From Eledone cirrhosa (Eukaryota): a stretch of DNA of 64,000 nucleotides. The position numbers and the translations under genes are program-made. Where the stretch lies: assembly GCA_964016885.1 (NCBI GenBank), contig OZ024742.1, positions 351,106,001 through 351,170,000 of the forward strand, in the 5' to 3' direction. The notes beneath the pieces were generated by a model. The model saw only the letters and a list, made by a program, of their open reading frames with translations, was not told the origin of the DNA and searched no databases. Positions 53,276 to 64,000 of this stretch are shown here, piece by piece (the stretch's first letter is position 1; every line of letters starts with the position of its first letter).

Positions 53276-54639
53276 TTTGTTCAATTTAAATAACCGGTTT
53301 TGAATAAACTTTTGATGTACATATATTGTTAATATACATTTTATAACAATTATATTGGTTCCTTTGATGTTTAATCTATCTAGTCTAATTATTTCATAAG
53401 TGTAATATTGTAAAATATTATCTGGAATATCACCAGCAGGTAAACTGTTTCGTAATATTCATTTCATATATAGCTTTATCTGTTTAGTTTTGATATTTGT
53501 GTCGGAATAAACGCATATTTAATGGAGAATATAGAATTACTGTGTAAAGCATTAACACCCTGTCACTGTTTTATTCTCCGTGTTGACAACTTTGACATCA
53601 TTGATACGTATTTGAGAGAGTTTTAATTTTAATTTGTAATGTTTCTTTAACGATTGGATTCCCATTAGTTATTATACGTCTGACGTTTGTGATGAACAAT
53701 CTGAACTTCTGCATTCAATAGGCTTCAAACATTGAAGTAATTAATCTCAAAATAAAAAGATAAAATACATCATTCCTTTTTTGGATAGGAAATGTCAGAT
53801 TTACTGATCTGAAGATTAAAGGATTTGAATTGATCTGGACATGCTTCTATTTATGTTTGACATAATTTAATAAGTAAACAAAACATCAAATAAATAACAT
53901 ATCGAATTATTTAAGATAATTCACGGGAATGGGAAGAACAAAGCCGTGAATTCTAAATGAATTCACACAAAAATAAATTGCCTAATTAATTACTTTTATT
54001 ATATGCTGGGAATATTTTACATAGAGCCAATTGATAGAATAGACAATACGATAGAACAATGAAATCTCATATTATTAAGTTAATACTTTTAAACATATCA
54101 ATCAAATGAGGATAAGTTTTTGTTAGTTTGACAGATAATTTATATACGTTTAACAATTAAACAATTGAAAGACACACGAGAAGCACTAGCTGAGTAAACG
54201 TTAATATATAATGACATTATAAATGACATTCGCTGAAGATTAATTTCAATGTTATTTTAATATAAATTGAAAGGGAGATAAATAAGGACACATCTACGTC
54301 GTGGTTTTAAATGTTCACAAAAGCAGACATATTCATAAATACGTTTGGTAGGGAAGAATCTATCTGTAAATAATTATAAAAATGATCCGTCTGTAACGAA
54401 TTGTATGTATTGTAAGGTGTCTCTAATGAGAATTACGGAAATCCCTGTTCATTATGATTTTAAACTAGGACAAATAAATGTATTGACACCCATGCATACC
54501 CATATTCATTTTTAGATTGCATTCTGGTATTCTATGTATTAAATATTAACATTGGTTTCGTAATAAACACACAAACATAACATATATACATGTATACCTA
54601 CGTACATACATATATGCATACATACGAAGAGTTCTATAT

Positions 54640-54715
54640 AATTATTTCCACTTTTGGCACAGGGCCAGCAATTAAACCAGTGCATTACTGGTACTTTATT
54701 TTATCGACCCCATAA
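54640..54715 (-). mobile_element. SINE 3' fragment
   Basis: TGGCACAGGGCCAGCAATT…ACTGGTACTTTATTTTATCGACCCC. Confidence 0.75.
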
Positions 54716-54819
54716 GAATATAGAAAAAGAAACGACGGATGTATTGTTGCAGAGTTTTTACTTCAATTAGAAACTTTCTTAGGTTTAACTAGTAAACACA
54801 AAATATCATTTCGGATATG

Positions 54820-55424
<605 letters not shown>

Positions 55425-55518
55425 TAGAACACTGGAAGGTAATATCCGTAGTGGTAGATCACTCTGCCCATAGGACGAGTTAGGTAGAAGTGGTTAGACA
55501 ACAATTAGTTCACCATAC

Positions 55519-55556
55519 CGAGAACAATTGTTTCACCTTAGCGGATCTTCAGCTCG
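55519..55556 (-). ncRNA. Compact canonical type I hammerhead
   Basis: The minus strand reads CGAG-CTGAAGA-TCC-GCTAA-GGT-GAAA-CAATTG-TT-CTCG, inside a 55420-55730 element between microsatellites. Confidence 0.75.
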
Positions 55557-56139
55557 TACTGGTCATAGTTACAGGGAACAGCAAGAACAACCGTATGAAC
55601 GCACATGACCAGAAACGGTCACTTTACCCAAGCAATGCAAAGCCACGGGCGAAAGGTGTAACAGAGATAACTGTGAAAGTCCGGAAAATGTGTTCCAGTT
55701 GATTAGAAAATTAGAATGTTGTTGTTATTCTTTATATATATATATATATATAAGTATGTGCTTTGACTCATTTACATTCTGAATTCACATTCCCCTTCCG
55801 TGATTCAAATCTCTACGATGACCAGCGCTAATTACCTGCAGGTAATTATGAAGTCTTTTATGAGTGGAAATCGTTCTGGCGGTCTGAACCTGTAGGCGAA
55901 CGACGATTATGATGATGAGGCCGATGATCGTTTGTTGTTCTCGCGACCCATTAATCACCGAAGAAATAATGTTTCCAGGAAGTAAAGAAACTGCTGTAAT
56001 GGTTGCCGAATAAATCACATGACAACACCAAATGAAAACGGGTTATACAGATTAAATATAATGGTTTCTTATATGAATATAATATATAATATTTCTTATA
56101 TTATTATTCAAGATAATAATTAAATATAATTGTTTATAC

Positions 56140-56320
56140 TGTTAGTACAAGGCCAGCAATTATTCCAGTACATTACTGGTACTTTATTTTATCGACCCCG
56201 TAAGGATGAAAGGCCAAGTTGACCTCGGGTGGGGGTGGGGGTATTAGAACTCAGAACATAAAGGGCCGTAACTCTACGCTGCAAAGCATGGCGTCAGCAC
56301 TCTAACGATACTGCCAATAC
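56140..56320 (-). mobile_element. tRNA-derived SINE
   Basis: Reverse complement of the 4775 family. Confidence 0.85.
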
Positions 56321-57401
56321 ACATAACGACGATGCAGTGTCCCACATCAACTACTTCACAGTGTTATAGAAGTATCTTCAAATCTAACGTCTCGAATAAA
56401 CACACCCCAACTTAATTAAGTTTTCACATTTTTCCCAATCCTCTAAAACGCTTATTAAATTCTGCTAATCTATCTACGGTGAAATTCTATTTTAATTTAT
56501 TTGATACATTAAAAACTATATTACTAGTATCCCGTTATAAAATAAATAAAATGGTTTTGTGTCTCAATATGTAAACTAAACGAGTAATTCTGTTTGATTT
56601 TTTCTTTTTAATCAACGGAGACAACATCGGAAATTAGCGATCCCCCCATACCCTGCGTATACCAGTCATTTTATTATTTGGGCCTCGAGAGTACGTTGTC
56701 TTCTTCTTGCCCACGAAATTGGTTGTATTTTAAAAATTCCTTTTGACCAGGAAGAATTACAGGAAACGCAAGTGAAGTAAATATATTTTAACGACATAGA
56801 AATACAGTAATTTTTACAAAGGAATGTTTACTGAAGTTGAAGAGAGACACTGTGTGTGCTTATATTGTTATTATTATCATAGCCAGACTCCATTAAGAAC
56901 ACGGAAATCTACATCGCTTTAAAATTATAGACATATGCATAAAAAACTGAATCAGCTCTAATACTACAATCATTTGTCCTACATTTTATTAAAAACAAAA
57001 GTATCGTGTGATATATAGTTCATAAATAGGAAAATACATTGCATTTGTTTGTATTTTACCTACAGCTAAAATATATTTGAAATTGTATCTGTTCTAATAG
57101 TACTTCTGTCTGTTTCATCTTTGAATTACTTCCATTTTCCAGGGATAAGAAGCGGCAGGCATCTAAACATATGATATCTGTTCATGAGCATAAAATAAAC
57201 TCCGGCATATAAGGCTGTTACAACCACCCTTATTTATTTTAATCTATAATGTCCACGTAAGAAATTGTAGGATTATATGCATACATTAAAATACTATTTG
57301 TATCAGCTATTTACCCACTAGCTTGTAATAATATTCCAAGTATGATCATCACACTAATTTAGAATATCGAAAATACATTTTTTGCAGGGCAGTATGTTAG
57401 G

Positions 57402-57462
57402 ATTTTATGATATTTTATGATATTTTATGATATTTTATGATATTTTATGATTTTATGATATT
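57402..57462. repeat. 10-bp tandem repeat GATATTTTAT
   Basis: About 5-6 copies are visible directly. Confidence 0.85.
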
Positions 57463-58589
57463 TAACTTTGATCACGTAACTAATTAATGCTTCAAGATTA
57501 GGTCAATTTCAAATAGCTACTGGAAATATTGGAATCATTTTAATCAATTCTATATTTATCCTAAAATTGTGAATCATGTGCCAATATAGGAAATTTGTAA
57601 GATTGTACGAGTTAAAATTATTGGAACTAAACTCTTACAATCTTTAATTCTCCTCATTCCAATGATTACAGATCTCTCCCACCACCTCCCACACACAAGT
57701 AAATTCACGGGATTATGTTACAGTTGTTATACATCATTAATCTGAATTAGGTAACTTATTGTTTTTGTCATAATGGATTATGAAATAGTACGCATTACAT
57801 TATGACGATTAAATTGTGTGGGATAAATAATATAAATATTGCAGCCACCCTGTCCATTCACTTAAAATATCTTCTTGATATATGCAATAATATGCTTATG
57901 CTTAAGCACGTTAATTCGTAATGCGTTGAAGAAAATTGCCTGGCATAATTAAGAAATTCCATGTAATATGTCTTATAATTTACCAATCCCTGTCACAAAA
58001 TAATTCTACGTAACTTTATATATACGTATTAAACAATATCACCGTACAAAGTCCTCGTCAATGAACGACAAGTAAGACAGGGCAAACAAGTATTTATTTT
58101 ATGATGTGGCTATAGAATTTGAAGCAGAATCGTTTTTAATTCCTGGGGGTGTTGTTTAAGTTAATGGAGGTGTTGTTTTCATCTAAACCATAGACTGATA
58201 GATGAAATAACAGTATATAGAAAATGAACACATTTAGATCCCTATGTTTTGTATGGATCATATTATATTGGGAAATGTTCGGAAGATCGGTTACGAGGAT
58301 TGCTTTAGCGGCAGTGACATTGATTATCATAAGCATGTGTATGTGTGTAGGTCAGCATAAGTGGGCCCGGTTTGTCTAAGTATAGAGTGTTTAGAGGTCA
58401 TAGGTGTATATCTAGAGTAATGTAGGTGACCTCTGTATGTACATATATGGCTATATGCCAGTATATAACTACAACTTCCATATAAGGTTCAAAGGTTATT
58501 TTAATAAAGTATATATTAATATTTATATGTTACTAACTACTCACTATGGGGCAGCCATACATGTATCTTCACATCTCTTTCTATATCTA

Positions 58590-58800
58590 GGGCTGGTAAA
58601 ATTCCTGAGATCCATGGATGAGCTCTCTCCAGCGGTCTCTGTCCTTCATCATCGCTGCCATGTCCTGCGTCTCCAAGAGACCAGTGTCTGTCCATAGAAC
58701 ATAAACATATGTTAACCTCTATCTTCCTCTTCCAGGTATCCATATAGGGGCTCCCACCAGAGCACTGAGTGCAGTGCCAACTCTGGATGTCGGTGAACAT
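58590..58800 (-). mobile_element. RTE-clade LINE 3' fragment
   Basis: Reverse translation HRHPELALHSVLWWEPLYG..GRGR.RLTYV..L.TDTGL…MMKDRDRWR. Confidence 0.72.
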
Positions 58801-59202
58801 GTCCAGCTAACCTCATATAAACATATGTATTCACATATGTCTCTCTCTCTACATATATGTATATATACATATATAAGAATACTCATATATGCACGCACAC
58901 ACACACACCCATATATATAGGTATGGTTGTGTGTTCAACTTTGAATCGAAAGGAATAACCTGTAATGATTACGCTGCGATATATTTTGCCTCACAACATA
59001 TATTTTGCACTAGGTATTATCAAACGATCACATAAGTCTCAAACAATATACCTAAAATCCACAGTACAGATGTTTGTATTGTCCATGTCTTGTCCGGAAT
59101 ATGTACAGCGTTCAAACATTGGATGATAAAAACTGAAATGCATGATTCAATAATATGCATACCCAGGATTTGAGCGAACAATATTAGAAATCTGTTATAT
59201 TA

Positions 59203-59390
59203 TGGGCGGCGGATTGGCAGTATCGTTAGAGGGTCAGACGCTAGGCTTTGCAGCATAGTTACGTCCCTTTATGGACTGAGTTCAAATCCCGCCGAGGTTA
59301 ACTTTACTTTTCATCATTACAGTGTCGATAAAATAAAGTACGAGTAATATACTGGGTTGCTGGGCTTGTGCCAAAACTAGAAACAATTAT
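59203..59390 (+). mobile_element. tRNA-derived SINE
   Basis: GGCGGCGGATTGGCAGTATCGTTAG…GAGTTCAAATCCCGCCGAGG…. Confidence 0.87.
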
Positions 59391-62379
59391 ATTATACATG
59401 TTTTAATATTTCCGTGTTCTTATGTCTAATCTCCTCCCATTAGCCTTTAATATTTCAAATATTATTTTCACTATATTTAATGTATTTCCCTTTTTAATCA
59501 TTGTTTGTGTATTTTTATTATTATTACTTGTCTCACTCGATCTTTGTGATTGTAAGGAGTACGTGATATTTCACCTAGTCTGTCATGTCTTACTTGCTCT
59601 ATACGGACGTTTGAATTGAATAAATACATGAATAATAAGACATTATAATCGTACATGCAGATTCCTGTAGATTATTTTAAGGGAAACATTTTCATTTGTA
59701 CCTATTCATTTTATACTTTTCAAGTTATTTTGAAAATAACATACTAAATTCTATTTTGAAAAATACAATATATTTCACTGACGCGTTGTCTGTCCTATAA
59801 ATATAGAAGAGACAAAAACGTTGGAGAGTTATTGTTTCCTCCCGCTCATATTTCAGGAGAAATAAAGAGATAGATCAATATTTGTAACATGTGACAGATT
59901 TTAAAGTTTGCAAAACTATATTGAAATAATAAGAATATAAAAATGTAGTGATTTCTATTGATTGTATTGTTGATGTATAAACACTGTTGGTAACGTAAAG
60001 AAGAAATATCTCGTAATTGCATATTGAAAAATATTCTGGTTATTTCAATTGATTCTGTGCAATCGCAAACCACACACACACATACACACACACGCGTACA
60101 CCGAGACACACACCCATACACACACACACACAGAGACACACACACACACAAATACACACACACATAGACCCACTCACATACACACACACAGATATATATA
60201 TATATTTATAAACTGTCTGACCTGGATCAATATTTAATGTTGCTCGATGTTCCCAATATACAATAGTTGTATAATGGGCATTTGAAATATTTACATATGA
60301 ATTATGTATTTTCTAACAACGCTGAATCTCATAGTTGTCAGCATTCCTCAAATATTCTATTATTCCTTTTAATTGAACCATTTGAATTGTTATTGAATCC
60401 TGACATGGTTTATTTTTTTGTTTTCTCAAATTACACTCTTTTGGTTCTAAATAAATAATTAACGATATCTTGTCAAAAATGATAGATAACTAATAGGTGT
60501 TCTATTCATCAAGAAAAGAACTTACGTAACGTCTAATGTCATAATATTAAGTGCCAGTAATGTCTGGTTTGGTTATGTCGACAATGACTTTTTACATACT
60601 CTTAATTTTACAAAATATTTCAATATGACTACGTATATTTTCATAAAGAAATAGATTGCTGAATCACACAATTGTAACATGAAATATGTTCCCGTAAGTT
60701 GTAATAGTAACTTCAAAGAAAGATCATCCTCCTTTTGGGAAAACAACGAATATCTTTTCTAAGTTGATTCGTTATTGAGCGCTGATTAGTAAATAAGTGT
60801 TTCAATACATTTCAGTTTGGGATCTCACTGATCATACGTTAACTATAACATTCCATATACATTTTTAATTTTCTGTAGTATTTCGATGAGAGACACATAC
60901 CCGGCAGACGTGAGGCCAATCATAACATATTGTCTATTCTTGGTAATGCATTTTATTCATTATGCTATATATACTTATTAGAGGAGAGATTATCATCCTT
61001 CTGAAATGTCGCTTGTAGGACTGCATTGGATTGTTTGGAATTGATAACAATATTTGGATAAAATGCTTCGAGCGTTTCCGTGATCAACTTTAGTAGATGA
61101 TTACAACTTTACTGTAAAATTTGAGAACTTGTAATATACGCATTTGAAGTTTATCTCATTCAGTTGATAAGAATAGTGAAAACAATCAGGAATTACTGAT
61201 AGAGGCCTTAGTAATATTTGTAAGTACAGTTGAAATATTTATATTAGTAATGAACTCTTTTCGAAAGACACAAATTAGAAATAGAATTAGTTAAGAAAAC
61301 TGAGCTGCGATACCTTGAAACGAACACGCAAACATGATGGTGAATATTGTATTATAACTCAATACTCTGTTAGTGTAGTTTAAAAAGCATCTACAATTGT
61401 TTGATATATGAAATATGTTTTACAAATTATCAGTTTGGAAGAAGACAATATTTTTGTTTGTAGTGGGTTTGGGGGTTGAAATGCTAATTCAAACACGGCA
61501 AAATAAACCCAATATGTCATGTTTAGGTAGAGAGGTTATTTAACACGTCAGATATAGCATTCAAGTATGTTCTATAGAGATATCATCGACCTGTATACAG
61601 CATGCAAAGCATTCAAGGAGTGATATTTGATGTATAATGCAATTAGAGAATACATATCTGTATGTAATGACATATATTGCGTTTAAGAACCCCACTTATT
61701 TCCAGAAATTGATCTAGGAGATGCAAGAGATATAGATATTGTATAAGGGATATGTTGTTATAATTATGACGTGCATATCTTATATCCACAGCAACTTTAC
61801 ATCTACCCAGCCTTACATCATACACAGAAATTCTATATGGTCCATAAATATATAACGATTTTGCAGGTGGTGTAAGGAAAATAAATAACAGGACCCAAAT
61901 GTGTTTATAATACATCAAAATACAAACAATTCCTGCGATATAAAAGGTTTTGTTCACATAAAATACAGAGATAGCTAAATATTTACATTGATGTATAGTA
62001 CAACGAGTAGATGCAGATATACATCAGTAGGATTAGTCAACCGTTATGATAAGAAATAGATCGTGACACGGATTCTTTCTAGGCAGAACATCTCTTAATA
62101 TGTTATACCTTCATGGAAAGCTTTTCAACGTTAAATAAAATATGGTTTTCTATATATATATTAATAATTAAATATTTATCTCTAATTAACCTGTCTACGG
62201 CTCAGAATAATAATGTTCGGAAAATAATGATTTCCTGTCTAGACAAAATACGAACTATGAAAGGAAATAATGTAGACATGGCACGATTGCAGAAACAGCC
62301 AAACAAATATTTAAAGAAATACGTATAAAATATCCCGGAAAAGTATTAGGTTTAGTAAACTATGACCATGGGATTTGGA

Positions 62380-62680
62380 CGTAGAAGGTTTCCTTCCGAG
62401 ACACACGTCCGGGCAAAGTTGTTTTTGGAAGACCAGCAGTCGTCCATGCCTACCAGATGACCCTCTCCATGCCACCGATGATGTCCAAGGGAAAGGCAAT
62501 GGCCGATATAGCTTGACACCAGTGACATCGCAACTGTTTTCTAAAGCAGAGTAAACTGGAGCAATTTGAAATAAAGTGTCTTGATCAAGGCTACAACCCA
62601 TCAACCGGTTCAAGAATTGGACTCAAAACCTTACGATTGCCAGCCGAATGATTTAACTACTAAACCATGTGCCTTCACGT
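62380..62680 (-). mobile_element. Second tRNA-derived SINE family
   Basis: Reverse strand: GAAGGCACATGGTTTAGTAGTTA…CCTTGATCAAGACACTTTATTTCAAATTGCTCCAG…TTTCCCTTGGACATCATCGGTGGCATGGAGAG. Confidence 0.75.
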
Positions 62681-62684
62681 GAAA

Positions 62685-62727
<43 letters not shown>

Positions 62728-62728
62728 T

Positions 62729-62821
<93 letters not shown>

Positions 62822-62940
62822 TAAACAGGTGAAACTCCAGAGTAACAAGACTCACTATTTAGCTTTAATAAAATGAATATTAAAACTCTACTTCGGTATT
62901 GAGTATTCTTTACTCTCATCCTTCAATGACATACGGAGAA

Positions 62941-63051
<111 letters not shown>

Positions 63052-63369
63052 AAGAGAGAGGGGGAGAAATAGAACAAGATAGCGATTTGAATGGCATATT
63101 TGGCGGCTTTGCGGTTTATGTAGGGGTAGAGTGTCATGGACGTAATGTGATATAGAAAAATTGAGAGAGAGAGTTGACAGATTCAGGAAAAGAAAGATGT
63201 ATAGGACGCTGTACATAACATCAAAACTATAGGGACTATTTAACGGAAATAGCGAAAAGAAACACAGGAAAGCTAAGAGAGACGTCGACGGCAGATAGAA
63301 AGATATATATATATATATGTAGAGGTTATATTTAATTTGTTGGGATACAACAAGCAAAATATTGTTATT

Positions 63370-63742
<373 letters not shown>

Positions 63743-64000
63743 AATAGAGTGAGAGAGAGAGAGAGAGAGAGAGAAGAGGGTATAAAATAAACAAGGGAAG
63801 TAAAAATTACAAAGCACGTTTAGAAGCCATAATAGTAAAGAGGCAAAGTGCCAACAAGAGATCACTTGTATGATGTAAATATCAACTAAACGACTCTCAT
63901 ATCAGATCAAAGTAACTTAAATTAGGTTAGATATTCCAAGTCTACTGGGAATCAATGTAGAATTAGTGTAGTTGTAATACATATTTTCATAGATAAACAG

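Noticed and set aside
53804-53840. CTGAAGA in unique AT-rich DNA
   Set aside because: It is followed by GAAT rather than GAAA and has no convincing stems.

Overview
AT-rich eukaryotic DNA with no intact host gene that I can support. The tRNA-derived SINE (…GAGTTCAAATCCCGCCGAGGT…CCTTTCATCCTT.CGGGGTCGATAAAATAAAGTACCAGT…) and the long (TA)n/(CA)n tracts resemble an octopus-type cephalopod genome, which is an inference. The window is a transposon graveyard. It holds two large Penelope-like retroelement (PLE) insertions (RT plus C-terminal GIY-YIG; 11.4-16.2 kb and 43.2-51.2 kb), an internally deleted Helitron (21.9-25.0 kb), a 5'-inverted L1/Tx1 fragment (35.6-37.0 kb), CRE and RTE fragments, many SINEs and three satellites (22, 35 and 135 bp units). 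The most striking signal is non-coding. Reading by eye, I find about ten sequence-unrelated type-I hammerhead-ribozyme (HHR) motifs, about 20 counting extra copies and degenerate ones. Most sit in short ORF-less pseudo-LTR elements inserted in (TA)n, and many are fold-back palindromes carrying an HHR on each strand. One family has a CAGAAGA core in every copy, several families share a U·U first pair in stem II, and one family folds back exactly at HHR stem II and has lost the CUGANGA core. Nearly all ORFs in the supplied track are microsatellite artefacts. All folds were paired manually and none was computed or assayed.
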